Below, piece by piece: positions 1 through 13,482 of a stretch of 64,000 nucleotides of DNA. Every line of letters begins with the position of its first letter. The stretch's first letter is position 1. The notes beneath the pieces are model-generated. The model ran no database searches, was not told where the DNA came from, and worked only from the letters and a program-made list of their open reading frames with translations. The stretch is from Lingula anatina. Lineage: Eukaryota > Animalia > Brachiopoda. The stretch is from assembly GCA_051362555.1 (NCBI GenBank), contig CM120640.1:8432001-8496000 (forward strand), given 5' to 3'. Made by a program: the position numbers and the translations under genes.

Positions 1-646
1 ATGAATAAATAAACCACAAAATTCATATTTTTCACTGTAGAAGCCAAAAATATAAATGTCATGAAAATAGGCTTTTAGCACTTAGTTCATCAGAAAGTGT
101 TTATTTGTGAAGTCATAACTGGAATTAAATGCCAATTCAAAAACTCCACCAATCAAACTTCATGTCCTATCCATACTGTAAAAAGATCAGATTAAAAAAA
201 AAACAAAAAACAAAACAAAGGAATCCTCTGAGAAAATCTCAGGTGAATTTTAGATCATGCCAAGTATCCAATTCCCAATCCCTGATAAGATATTGGTGGT
301 AAACAGCTCCTATCCCCTTGATATTAAGTTCATGTAATTTCTGCAAGAAGTACTGGTAGGTGAAGATAAGGTTCTTGAGCACTAAGTTATCCATGATATG
401 GGCACTTTTCAGCTGAAGATTGAATTCATGTCTCTTTGATTTCACCTCTGTTGTAAATATAAATAAGCAAACAAGTAAACAAAAGAATAAAATCTGGAAA
501 TAATTATGATAAAAAAATAACAGAACAACCAACCATGTAACATGAAAGTACAAAGTAACTGCAAAAGAAATTAAGAAATTATTACTGTACGTCAGGCTAC
601 CAGCCCTTCTGTGCACCTGTACATAGAATTAAAGACCTTCCCACTG

Positions 647-793
647 GGCTCTGTAACTCGAAATCATCGCGAATTGTGAATAGTGATATCACCTTTTATT
701 TCGAGGCTATTATATGGGGCAAGTATGGGCGAGTTATAGAATCAAGACACTTGTGCTTGGTCGCAATGCGCAATGCTTTTGAGTTACGGGGCC
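647..793. mobile_element. PIF/Harbinger-type MITE
   Basis: TIRs GGCTCTGTAACTCGAAA / TTTTGAGTTACGGGGCC; 3-bp TSD CTG at 644-646 and 794-796. Confidence 0.7.
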
Positions 794-822
794 CTGAACT
801 CCCTCCCACCTATCACCCACAG

Positions 823-990
823 CAGGGGCGGATTTAGGGTGTCTTCTGGGTCTTCCGGAAGACGGTCAGATTTTCAAGTTTACATTGGCGGGTATCTAAT
901 TTTTTCTGTCGGAAGACGGTCAAAAATGAAGAACGGATCAACAAAGATAATTTGGAAGACTGTCAGGAAATATCTCTGGATCCGCCCCTG
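823..990. mobile_element. MITE family A (168 bp), copy 1
   Basis: TIR CAGGGGCGGAT...ATCCGCCCCTG; 5-bp TSD CACAG (818-822, 991-995); closely similar copy at 37420-37587. Confidence 0.9.
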
Positions 991-2359
991 CACAGGAATG
1001 CCACCTGATAAAAAGTAATCTATTTACAGTGAAATTTAACTGGACTATAGCACGTTAGTAAACATACCATAGTATACAAACTGGAAAATGATCTCACTCA
1101 GAAAGGCACACTTTAGTAACAATTTATAAAATAAAGCCAGATTTATACAATGAATGATGTTATATCTACATATAATGATCACTGAATGTGATATACATGG
1201 GTTCTCATAAATAATGTCTTGTTAGTGCTTGAAACAACAACCTGACAGCATCATAATCAAATTAAACAGCAATACTGGCAAATATACAGAAAGCAAATAA
1301 TAAAATAAATAAAATGACAATAATAAACATTGTAACAAATATTTACAAAAAATCAATAACTTTTAGTTTGATCAAGCTGATTTTCTCAATGCCAATCAGC
1401 ATATTTCCAGTATAACTGCAAAGCACATACATACACACAAAAAAAAATTGATCATGCTCAAAAGGAGTCTGCATTTTTAACAAGCAAATTAAAAAAAAAT
1501 TAAGTATAAGTAAAATGTTTTAGGATGACAACTTTCTACACAAGGTGCCTTCAGTTTGAACAGTAATATTTTCTACATCACGAAAAGTGCCTGCTACCCC
1601 AAGAGAGCCACAATAAAATTAAGTCAGCTTTACCATAAGGACTGGTGATCAACATGTAATATAGTGATTACAGAAGGAGATTTCACTTGAACAGAGAAGT
1701 ATTTTTTTTTTTCATTTTATTTCTTTCATTACTTGATAAGCATCTTACAGGCCAAAATGTAGCATACAAGATGATTGGGCACACAAGAATTCCAAGAAAA
1801 GCAGCAACTCTAATTTATAGTGCAGAAAGTGAAGAAATGAGGGAAATTTTGTCTTAAAACCTATTTTCGTGGAACAGATAAAGTAAGGGAGCAAGTGTGC
1901 AATACTGGTGAAACCATTTAGATCCATTTAGACACATGGCCTTTGGGAGCTGAGGTGAAAAAATAACCTTAAGTAACAGCTTTGTATACAATTCTTGTGC
2001 TCCAATGAGAAATACCAAGGGATTTAATTGCTGAGAGTAAATATCCCCCCCAAAGGAGAAAATATAAGGGATATAAATTTATAGTAAGATAAGCAAAACA
2101 TCTTATTTTAAGAAGCTTTTATGAGAATTTTATTTTATTTTGTGACAATAAATATTCATGCATTTCTACTCATAGTTATTTCTGACAATTCGATGGCAGA
2201 TGGGGATTTTTATCCTAGCTATCATAACACAGTGTGACCACACATTGCAACCAGCTTGGCCACAGATGGCAACTGATTCCATAACTCAGTGACATTGATC
2301 TCAATCAGAACTCCACTGATGGGTTCACAGCACTTTTAGAATATGCTCAACATTATATA

Positions 2360-2617
2360 TAGGACCTATAAACAGATTATGCATTTACAAACGCTACCTG
2401 CAGATCTTTTAGCACTAACATCCATATTAACTAAATAACCCATAAATTTACCAACACTACCACAATGAATGAATGTTTGTGCTAGGTATCAATTTGTTGG
2501 TGCTAAATAATTGTATGGGGCATTGGTTAATTTGTGGATTATTTGGTTAATATGGGTATTAGTGCTAAAAGAATTGCAGGTTGTGCTTGTAAATGCCTAA
2601 TCCATTTATAAGGCCTG
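2360..2617. mobile_element. Decayed MITE with ~100-bp TIRs and CAGGCC-like ends
   Basis: The left arm TAGGACCTATAAACAGATTATGCATTTACAA...CTTTTAGCACTAA matches the reverse complement of the right arm TTAGTGCTAAAAG...TTGTAAATGCCTAATCCATTTATAAGGCCTG. Flanks ATATA/ATGTG may be a decayed TSD. Confidence 0.75.
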
Positions 2618-3712
2618 ATGTGGAACAGTGATTCATTTCCACTCTCAATTCAAAATTCTGACTTAAAAACTTGTATGAAACTCTTGGGGCTAGAACCCAT
2701 GCCAAAGATCTTCAATTCAGCCAATGGTTAAACAATCCTTGGTCTATATTTTATAAACCTTTTTTATCTTAGCAGCTCAGTGAAAGCTACTTAACCTTAG
2801 GGATTATGAACAGAGTCACTTTATCTAGTCCCAAATGATCCACAAAAAGTGCTCCATATCCCATCAATATAAGTGGCTGCTCCTGTAACAACTCTCAATA
2901 GGGGCACTGTGCTGGACATAATCATTTGAAAGTGGATGGATAAAGTCTTCTTGCTAGCAGATAATGCAAAAAAACAAAACAATTGTCTCAGAGGGATAGT
3001 CAAATATCAGATAATCTGAAGAAGTCTGGTTAGCCCAACTAGATTCTCTGGTTGTGGTTCAGGTTTGCTGACCATGCAATTATACTTGAGATCTCCACTT
3101 CAGTTGAAGCTCATTATTATATAGCCAACTTGGTATGGCACTGGCAGCAAATTGTACTTATTGATTTTTGACTGTGTACATTGGTATGTATACCTTTTTT
3201 TCAAAGGGGACAGTCACATGTGTCAAGCAAAAACATAATTCAGTTAATTCAAGAAGTCATTTCCATTAATGTGCAGACAATTTAGCAGTTAAGACAATTA
3301 GGAAAATACAGAGCAATACCATCTTAATAGCCATTTTTCATAATAACACTTGGGGGTTTGTAACTTTCGGCTTACAGCATTTTTTTTTTTTTTTTGCTAA
3401 TGCAACCTAATCTAACTTAAACCTAAATAACTTTCTGAGAATAAGCTTCTTAAATCACTTAGCTAAAATTCACAGAGTTTAGGAAGAGCATCTATTTAAA
3501 ATGTTTGAGAGCCTATGACTAAAGTCTGCATATGTTCAACATACATCTCAAATTCTAAGGGACAGCAAAACCAGACAAAAAGTAATAAGAACTAAATTAA
3601 ATAGGCACGTATTCAATTTTCAGGAAATGCAAATCTCATGATTACATTTAAGGCTTTGTAGGCAATAAGTGAACATCATCACTCATAACTTAAAAAAAAT
3701 GAAGAACACTCA

Positions 3713-4031
3713 CAGGCCTACCCAACTACCAGACTTGGCACCTAATGATCCCGAATTCACTGGTAGATCGAACCACACTACCCATTTTCAAGGTGTGCGT
3801 CAGTATGCATTTCACAGTATCATACCCCAAAACAGATTTCGAGATGAGATGCACTACTTTCCAACCCCCCTGAGAATCATCACTATCACATCACATACTA
3901 GGCAAGAGCAGTGTCACTTCTGATACCTCGAAGCGCATACTGATTACACACCTTGAAAACGGGTAGTGTGGTCCAATCTACATGTGAATTCGGGACCATT
4001 CGGTGTCGATTCTGGTAGTTGGGTAGATCTG
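3713..4031. mobile_element. MITE family B with ~100-bp TIRs, copy 1
   Basis: Ends CAGGCCTACCCAACTACCAGA...TCTGGTAGTTGGGTAGATCTG; 5-bp TSD ACTCA (3708-3712, 4032-4036); inverted copy at 39015-39268. Confidence 0.9.
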
Positions 4032-4565
4032 ACTCACATGGTGCGAGTTAAAAAACTCAAAGAACCCACCAAATAATTCTAACACCATTTTGTAGTTACT
4101 AGTACACGTAAATGAAGCAAAATATATTTCATATATAAAAAAGACTCAATTCTTGAAAAAATTTCACTGCATTATGCACTTTAATTTTAAAGCCCAAATT
4201 AACATGTTATGGGAAGAAAAACAGCAGCTGGTAAAGGGTCTTTTATTTACCTATAACTACATAACTTTACATCCCTCACTTTTCTTTTCCCCTTTTACCT
4301 CTCTCTTGCTCTGCCTTTCCTTTTTTATTTTGCTTCTTTTCCTCATGTCATTTTTCCACACTTGTCTACTGATAAATGACTCTATGGCTCATTGCTGTAA
4401 ATATGCAGGGAAACACATAACATGTCAGTAGTTTTGTGGGATTTATCAGTGGATTTTGGGGAAAACTATAAGACTGTGGGAAAACAGCAGTTATTCTGTA
4501 AAAATCTGATGGAAGCAGTGGTGCTCATAATAATGTGTGGTACTTAGAGAGACCCTGACACCTAC

Positions 4566-4790
4566 ACCCCATTTCCATAGATTTTTAGATCAATCTATCC
4601 CTGTGGGGAGTCTCACTAGATTACTGTCAGCTTGACAGGCTTAAGCGTCTGTCCCACCTACTAAAAGCTGTAAGGGGGTAATTAACTATGGTGCCCACTC
4701 GGCTGACTGCAATTTAGCGTGAACCCCCAGGGAGTTAGGTTGATCTAAATCTGAATCTTTAGATCGATCTAAATCTCTGGGAAAGCACCC
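4566..4790. mobile_element. Interspersed repeat family C (225 bp, MITE-like, asymmetric tips), copy 1
   Basis: Near-identical to 46267-46491. Subterminal inverted repeat TTTCCATAGATTTTTAGATC / GATCTAAATCTCTGGGAAA; no clear TSD. Confidence 0.85.
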
Positions 4791-5281
4791 TTAGTTCGGG
4801 TAAACATTCTATTTATAATTAATTGTGAATACAAGTATTTCAAGGCATTCTGGGGAAAAAAGCAGTGACATCTATGTCAAAAAAAAATCCTATCAAATGT
4901 TTATATTAACCTGAATGGAAAGTGTGTAAAAGCTTCAGCATATAAAACAATCTATTTAAAAATGTTGGCTCTATATTAAATGAATGACAATCATCACATA
5001 CTAAAGGAAAAACCAACTATTTCATGGCTTTAATATCATAATGACTTTTCCAATGAATATGTGCTACCTGAGAAAGTCAAGAATGACAACCCTTTTAATC
5101 TTTAAATGGCAGTGGCTTTGTTCATAGTTCGTTGTACGGTGCAAAATGAAACAGAAAATAGAACTGAAAAGAACATTCAATAAAGCCTCATAGCCACAAG
5201 GAGACAATTCAAATATCACTAAGTCTGTATCTTAATGGATATATGTGGGAGGAGAGAGATGACCCTCTAGTTATGAAAAGG

Positions 5282-5348
5282 TCTCTCTCTCTCTCTCACT
5301 CTCTCTCTCTGTCTCTGTGTCTGTGTGTGTGTGTGTGTGAGTGTGTGT
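5282..5348. repeat. Compound (CT)n(GT)n microsatellite
   Basis: Read directly from the sequence. Confidence 0.9.
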
Positions 5349-7839
5349 TCCAAGAGGCTGCTGGCAAGTTAATTTTTTAAGAAGCTCACACAATAAAAGC
5401 TACGTAAAGTGTACAATTGAATATGTGCACTACAATGTTCCCACATGAATTACAAGGCTTTGCATGAAATAAAATTTGTGGGACACACTCACAAACTACA
5501 ATCTAAATTAAAGACTACACTATGTTTTTTTTTTTTTTTTTTTTTTTTGTAAGTTTAAAACTCTAATGGCACCACTCTGTGTATGCTTCTTAATGATTAG
5601 CAATCTATATCCCAAAAATATTAAATATGATTGAAGTTATGCCATTAACCACAATTTTATATCTATCGTCACAGCTGCTACCAGTATTCTCACTATCTGA
5701 ACATCTTTGCTAGAAAAAAAACATTAAATTACAGTCTGTACAATGAATCTGGTTAATTTGATGCCTTAATTGTACTTTTCAATTCCTCCATTTGGTTTCA
5801 AATGGGTTTAGAACTGGTCAAATCTCGAAACAATTTTCCCATCTCAACCCCTTAAATGCTACATTTCCAAGAAAAAATCTTTAGCAAGGAAGATGATACT
5901 GTAGGCATATCATTTTACTAGTCATTACTCTTGCAGTTAGTTTGGAAGATAAATGTGCAGGATGTACATAAAAGATTGCAAGCTGTTTGCCATAGAAATA
6001 GACACAAATCTCAACAGGTTTGCTCAGTCAGGTGTTAGAGGAAACATCACAATTATCAACCTCAAATGCAGTTTCTTCATACAGCATGCAACCAAGCAGA
6101 TTGCCGGTAATATTATCTATAATTTTTCCTCATCAATGCTTTGATTCCTAAAGTTTCCTTTCCTATATCTCTAACTACCCCATCAACAGACACTATTAGG
6201 ATGGTTTTTATGGGGAGAATAGCAAATGTATTTCTAAAGACCCTTGAGCTAATGTCCCTACTGTATGTGCGTTGTTTCTCAATAAAGACTCAAAATATCA
6301 CTAAATTAACTTTATTCATAATTTCCACCACATTGTGTGACAAATTTCGAAGTAGCTTATGAAAGCAGCTCCCTTTATTAAATCCATCCCTAACAGTTCT
6401 TTTGTAACAATCAGTCTTTTTTTCAAAGCAGGGACTGCATTTAGAAGATTAACAAATGAAAAAAAATACATAAAAGGTAAAACAGGTGATTCGGTAACAG
6501 CCATCATGTTACAGATAAAATTCTATTTCACGCACAACAATCTATTAAATAAAAATAAAAACTAAAAACAACATGCTGGTTGTCTGAATTTATGCAATCT
6601 TTAGCAATTTTTCATTTTACTCTATTTATTTTCAACTATCTACACAAGTTTCCAGTTTTCCTCCTTTTTTGAGTTTTTATGATTTTAAAAGAAAGAAAAA
6701 TGACTGTATGGCTTGTTTTTGAAACCGATTTTTCCCATTTTGTTTTTTTAATTGATAACAAACTGGTACTCAACTCTTCATCTCAATCTACCATTTAAAT
6801 CATTTAACTCATTTAAAAGAAATCCATACAGTATAACTTGAATGATTTCCAAAAAAATAACTCTGTGTGTTTAAAAGATTTTTGTGGCAAATGAGATTTA
6901 CTGCTCATTATCTCCAGAAGATAATTTCTCTCAGCAAAGCCATTAGAAAGGGCTCATCACTCTTTCAGAATTCCGGAGAAGCCCTAATTGGCCACTAACT
7001 GCCATCGTACATGCAAAGAGGGTTAAGGCCTGCTAATAAATGGTACATGTATATGTATATATATTAGGTATGGCTAAACGAACAACCATGTTATTTTTTC
7101 ACACACTATGCATAATTGTGGAAAATGATCCATTATTTACAGTAATCACCAGACCTAACCAAATGTGCCAAATGGCATATTTTCTGCTTCCTGCAGGTAT
7201 TGATGAATATATGTTAACTTCTCTTTGAATGTGAAGTGATATTTTGTCCAATACATTAGCATGGACCGTATTGTAAGAAAAAACTTTAAAGTACTAATCA
7301 TTTATACTTTTCTGGTAGAAAAAAAAATCACCTCCCTCCAAGTTCATTAGAAATTGCAACCACAACCCTTCAATCTATGACGTAATAGGATTGGGCTCCA
7401 TGTGGATAAACAGACTTTTTTTCAAAAATCCAATTTATCCTATTCTTTTGAAAAACTGTGGTCTACTAGTGTAGAAACACATTACTGCCTTTCTGTGAGA
7501 TACTAGTCTGCTTAATACTTGTCAAATAACGAAGCAGGTTTTACAGCTGTCACAGCCTCTGAATGAACATGCTGTGCAGTTTTATTAGGCATACTCTAAA
7601 ATACAATATAAAACCCATAGACCCAGACAGACCATAAACTTGTTTACTCATGGCTAAAATTAAATTCATGCCATGGATAAGAATTCAGGACCATATTGCT
7701 GGAGTAATCAGCAGTCACTTTCATTGATGGATTCAATGTGACATTATTTCTACCATGCATGAACAGTGTAAGTTCACTCAATGGAAAAAAGTCAACCTTG
7801 GAGCCTGAAAATGAAAAATGAGTTAAGGATTTCACATAC

Positions 7840-7937
7840 CGCACATTGGCCAATGTATGCCTCCGACTCCTCCCTGGTCCCTTCAAGAAAGTTCTATGAG
7901 CTCTGATGTCCTTCAGGTCCCCACTTTCCACCTGCAT
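7840..7937 (-). CDS. PDE4: PDE4/dunce cAMP phosphodiesterase, alternative first coding exon (MQVESGDLKDIRAHRTFLKGPGRSRRHTLANVR)
   Basis: ATG at 7937, donor CG|GTATGT after 7840, phase 2. The peptide aligns with a Drosophila dunce isoform N-terminus recalled from memory as MQAEQGSIGDLQKYHSRYLKNRRHTLANVR-FDVENG. PDE4 long-form unique exons join just before FDVENG. The common exons are not in the window. Confidence 0.85.
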
Positions 7938-9664
7938 TCTGACTATGTAGACCACCTCTACTTCAGTAGATTTACAAAAGAAAAGAAGCTGCTCCAAGCT
8001 GTTGCACTCAGTCTACCTGATGGCACCAGTCCCCAATTTTTTTCAATCAGTTTGAATAGACTTCTGCACAATTTGGAGACTGAGCAACTGAATCCCTCCC
8101 GGCCTCCTTGTTACAGGAACTTTCCAGCAATTATATTAGATTATCGCACACCGTTTTTTTTTTCTTTTTTTCTTATGAGAGATCAAAGATCTGCAGCCAA
8201 AGCACAAGATGTTCCTCAACTGTAAAAGTCAGTTCATTCAATAACTTCCTGTTGCCAAGGATACTAGTGTAAATGTAATCACTTGCTGAAGAAATTGCCC
8301 CGTGTGTGTCACAGCCTTTTAACTCTGTAATCATGAACAGACCAATGACTCCCTTGTATTTTCCAGTGTTTTGAGAGGGAGTTACATCTCTGAATTGGTA
8401 CTGAATCTCCAGTTATTCAAGATTTACCATCAGCTTCATGTTTGGAATCCCAAGCGCAATATTTTACATAGAAAAATAAGCAGGTGTTCTCCTCTTCTCA
8501 GGAACTGGTGACCCAGTGAACATATGCCACTTGGGTTTTCCCCAAAATTAAGATATCCAAGGCAAGTGATATATAGAATCTTGTCTTACTTCTGAAGTAA
8601 ATGCACTCTTCTCATCAACTCTTCTAGCATTCACCCTTTTTCTCTCTAGCAGTTTCCAATTAGGACCCCATGCTGAATATTTAAGTGCACCTCACGTCAA
8701 AGGCTTAAAATTACTGTGTCTGTGAATGGCTCCCTACCTTATTCAATTCTACTGCTCTGTAATCTGTCCCCAAACCTGCATACTTCTATATGGCAAAATG
8801 ATTGTCCATGGACATTTGTTAATATTTAATACCTTACCAGTTAAATTCTGTAGTGTGGTGTTCAGAAAGGTTAGGGCCCTGCCAATGGATAGGCAGGCAT
8901 CAATGTAGGCAAACAATCAATAGTGTTATCGTGGGTAAATCTTATCTTTTTGAAGCTACGAGCTGAACACCAAAAGCCTCTCTGTATCTGGACATAAATG
9001 ATCAGTTAAATGGACACAGAGTCCATCCTTATGATTCAGGCTCCACCTAGGCTGCTACTGCTGCTATCACTGTAAGGCAAGGGTAAATGTGTCGCGCTTA
9101 GCCCAACAAAGCAATGAACAGAAGCAGATACATATACTGTAGTGCTAAATGTCTCCACACATCAATCACAACGAAGAGCCAAGAACGACTTGGCAAACAT
9201 ACTCCTCATCAATGATCACACAGCTTTTTAGTCAGGTCTATAAAATTGTCTAAGGTATTTATTTCACTATAAATAGATCCCTTTCTGAAATTTCCAATAG
9301 ATTGTTACAAATAAATGTGCAGGCTGCTGGTGTCACATGACTTAACCTGTGTAGAAGATACAACAGAGCCAGCTATCTCATTGTTATTGTGGGAAACCTG
9401 GGAGGGCTGATATAATGTGTTAGTGTAAATGCCATGGCAATGATGTGCAGCTTTTAGTTTCATATTTTGGCGTGGAAGAATGGGCTGTTATAACCTCCAT
9501 CACTTCTAAAATTGACAGCATCAAAGTTCCATTTAATGTTTTTGTTCAGTGTGCTTATATCAAGGCTGAAAAACTCCTCAAATAACTGCGTTTTTCAAAA
9601 AGGAAATGAACAGAAGTAACGTACAAAGACAGATGAGTCGCAGGCAGCTCCGTGCCTCTTCTCC

Positions 9665-9672
9665 TGACGTCA
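9665..9672. promoter_or_regulatory. Full palindromic cAMP-response element TGACGTCA
   Basis: Exact CRE in a small CpG-containing patch about 1.7 kb upstream (minus-strand sense) of the RRHTLANVR exon ATG. Confidence 0.45.
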
Positions 9673-10699
9673 GAGTAGGAAATTAACAGCTAATAAAACA
9701 TCTTGGTGAACCATTATACTGCTGAAGCTGTCAAACACATGCCACAGAACAAGGTTTAGTGAAACCCTAAGCCATAGAAAATATTTTTTGCACTGGCTCA
9801 GATCACATGCTGAAAGGCCCATACTCAAACATTATGGCATTTAACTTCTTTTCTTTTTACGTTTTTTTTTTTCAATCTATTTAAATTCATCTCTTCTTTA
9901 ATAAAAAAAACTCTTTTATAAAAAATTCAGTTTTTATGGAAATCTATACATTGTGTAATAAATAGTAATGAACACCCAAACATATTTACAGGTAGATGAC
10001 TTCAAGAATTGGAAAAAATTAATTTTACTGACATAAAAAATGAAACAAAGAGGACAACACTAAGTTATACCCTATCTAAAAGACTCAAAGTCAATTTATG
10101 CATTCATGCATATAGACACAAACGTGTTCAAAATAAATTTAAAAAAAACAACAGATACATGTACTATATCAATTAATTTAATCTTGGGAACAATTTTTAC
10201 ATTCGACAGGCTAAGCTGTTACCCCAGTGCACTTAAATTACTGGTTTTCCAACATACTTCAAAACTTTTGCTTGAAAATACCTTGATGTCCAAGGAGAAA
10301 TAGCAGATACTTCCAGAAAGATTCATAGGTTTGTTATATACTGTATATTCATGTACCAGTGCCTAGATTCTCTTGACTAACTTGGCCTGCGAGGCAAATA
10401 CACAGAAACTTTTATCATATCATGTATCTGAAAAAAAAAAAACTTTCATGATGTGCTGATTCTTTGGGTCTTATATGTGACCATACAAAACTGCCAAGTA
10501 TGGTAATGACATGATCACTTCAAAGGGCACAAAATATCAATCTTTAAGATACGTATTATTGGAATCTTAAAAATTATGTTTCTGCATAGAGCAGACCTGT
10601 TGAGTAGCCTGCTTTTCAATTTTGCTGCTACCATTCAATAGGGACGTTCTAATGTCAATTTAAAAAATACAGTGCCTGTAAAATTCACAATTTTCCCCG

Positions 10700-11085
10700 T
10701 TGAAGAGACACCCTTTGGCAGCAAGGTGCACAACTACATGCAAAGGGCTTGTTTTTATGTGCATGTTCATGAGTTTCAATGAAACTGATTGAAAACTTAT
10801 GTAGGAGGAGATGCCTGCATGGCAAAATTGAATAACATGAAATGCTAATGTGTTATAGACATATTTTAAAGCATTTTGTGAAAATTAAAAATACGACAAA
10901 GAGGTTATTTGGGTGCACACCTGCATTTTATAATGTTCATTGAAATTGACTGAAAATTAAACAATGAGTAAGATCAGCAGACAGAGGGACAGACAGAGAG
11001 ACCTGTACAGACATACAGACAGCTGGACAACCAGATATAAGTAAACATTCCCTCTTCTTGTTTCTTGCAAGGATGTGTTAAAAAT
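10700..11085 (+). mobile_element. Decayed pearl/Helentron-associated (HINE-like) element
   Basis: Two diverged ~190-bp core units starting GGTGCACA (near 10725 and 10912), then a (GACA)n-like microsatellite at ~10980-11030 and a short 3' tail ending in an A-run. This is the layout described for bivalve pearl elements. Boundaries are approximate. Confidence 0.5.
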
Positions 11086-13413
11086 TCTGTCCTTCTTTAA
11101 CCTTTACATACAAAAGCCTGAAGACCAAATAAGCACTGCTTATGTTGTAAATATTACATGAAGCAAGCTTATGCTGGTAATAATTAATAAACAAATAAAC
11201 AAACACATTAATTGATTAATTAATTAATTAACCAAAGTACTAAAATGAAATGTCCAAAAAAAATGAGCAGATACCAGAACTGATAAGGGTCATCACTTTA
11301 ATTAACATATTTACCCGAGGGAACACTTTTTACAGTTGCTATATGAAAGGAGAAGAAGAAATTATTTGTTCTGTTCTATAACTGGTTGGTGTTGGTGGCG
11401 AGAGCAGGAGCCATCCTGTGTTGCTCGAGCAGGAACACCTTGACGACAGAGCGGCGCAATAAATTGATAAAATACTGAGATAGATACTTGAGCGAGGCTA
11501 GCAATTATTGAAGGTGGGTTAACATGTCCATACAATTGATCCCATTTCATAAATTCCATATTTTACATCATTTATTTCCACCAAATGCAATACAGTACTG
11601 ATGTGTAATCATTTCATCACTGAAAAGAAAAACCACACACAAATTACAGTAAAAAAATCTAATCAATAAGAGTACATGACCTCAAGGAAGAGAACCTCTT
11701 TACTGCAACAGCTGAACTTTTAAGAACTACTGCTCATTTGTCAAATGTACCACAATGATGTTGCTTCACACCATCAGACTCTTTATATGTTTTTCTAGGC
11801 TGGCTGAGGTTGTGGAAAAAAACATCATTCCTACAGCTATTATTTGTTGAGGATATAGACCCTGTCGCTTCTCTACTGGGAAATAAAAGTACCAATGTAA
11901 AGATCATTTCCATTCAATATACATGCTTGGCTGGTTATATTACAACTATTTTCTTTTCACTCAACCTTGATATTATATACTGCATTTATAGTATTTTTTC
12001 ATTATATATATAAAGTTAATTTAAAATGCAGCATTCTTTCCATATGGGCAATTTATAAAGGCAAAATCATTTACAGTCAGTTAATCAGTAAAAAGTAGGA
12101 GCAAAGTGTTTTGTCTGTCAGTTTAAAGTTAACTTGTAGGCAGACAGTCAAATCAAAGTCAGCCACACTAGCAGGAAAGATTGCATGTTTTCTACTTCCA
12201 TAGTCTGTTTTTAATCAAGGTGGTACGCATGAAGCAGCTGGCAACAGATGAGGGCCAATGTGCGCTTCATTTGCAGTTTAGTTCCAATCGTGAATAAAAC
12301 AATCAGCTGAGACTACAGAAAGATGTATTATCACTTATTCATAAGCATGCTGTTTGTGTTTTCAGCACAAAGCAGTGGCAGGTCCAGAATTGCCCCTGTT
12401 AAAAAAAGGAAGCATCAATTCTCATCAATGAAATCCTACGTGTGACCTTTCAAATATCAGCATCAATACTTAGCATGCCAGTTGATAACAGGACCTTGGT
12501 ATGCGTACGGATGATTTTGAGACATTATGGCAATATCAATATGCTTAAAACTTCCCTAGGCCTAACTATACATCTTCTCTATGTCATTAACAATATTTTG
12601 ATTGACTGGCACACAGAAAGATATATGCTACAAACTCCGTATGCTACATGTACACCTACGTTAGTTATCTATATAAATCCTTTTTCAACCAGTTTTCTCC
12701 TTAAATGTGGGTGCAGTTCAGTTATCATATCAGATCATAAAATGGGGTTTTATTCCAGAAGTCTACTTAAAAGCATTTGCAGTGAAACTGAATGTCATCT
12801 ACAGAAGGTAGTACTATTAGATAATGGTTGTTAACAATTTCTGTCATTCTCTAATTATTGCAACAATGTATAAAAATTTATTGGCTGTATTTCTTCATGT
12901 GTAACCCTTATCATATCTGAGTGTAGCACCATATCTATGACCCGAACCTGAATATTTCAGAGTGCAAAATTTTCAAATAAGATTTTGTTTACGAAGACCG
13001 ATATGTGCACTGTACTAGTAAGTCTTTATCGCTTTTTTGTGCCACGTCATAAGCCAGTGATTTTTTCATTATCCACTCTGTACTTATTGGTAAAGCAAGT
13101 ATCTCATCAATAATTCACAATGATGTGATATTGGCACTTGGAGTGATAGATAGCTTAAAGCCGTGTTATTTTATGCTCATATTTCCCATATCTTAACATT
13201 CTAATATTCCAGTAAGACAGAAATCCTTTCAAAAGGTAATTTGATTTTTTTTAAATTAATTAAAACTATAAATATATGGCAATCAACTCCCATGAAAAAA
13301 TTGTTTATTAATGGTGGAAAGTGAGGTCACACATTTTACGTAAATTTGTCATTACATTCAACTACGTAGCAAATCACCCCACTTTTTAAAAAATCTAATC
13401 TGAAGCAAATGAG

Positions 13414-13482
13414 CACATACACACACACACACACACATACACACACACATGCACCCCCCAGCGCGCGTGCACACACACACAC
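13414..13482. repeat. Interrupted (CA)n microsatellite
   Basis: Read directly from the sequence. Confidence 0.9.

Noticed and set aside
239-616. 125-aa minus-strand ORF with an acceptor-like site at 447
   Set aside because: The N-terminal half is T-rich intron-like sequence. The rest has no recognisable homology, is not the expected FDVENG exon and is in the wrong phase (1).
773-1018. 81-aa plus-strand ORF
   Set aside because: Reads through MITE A; no coding signal.
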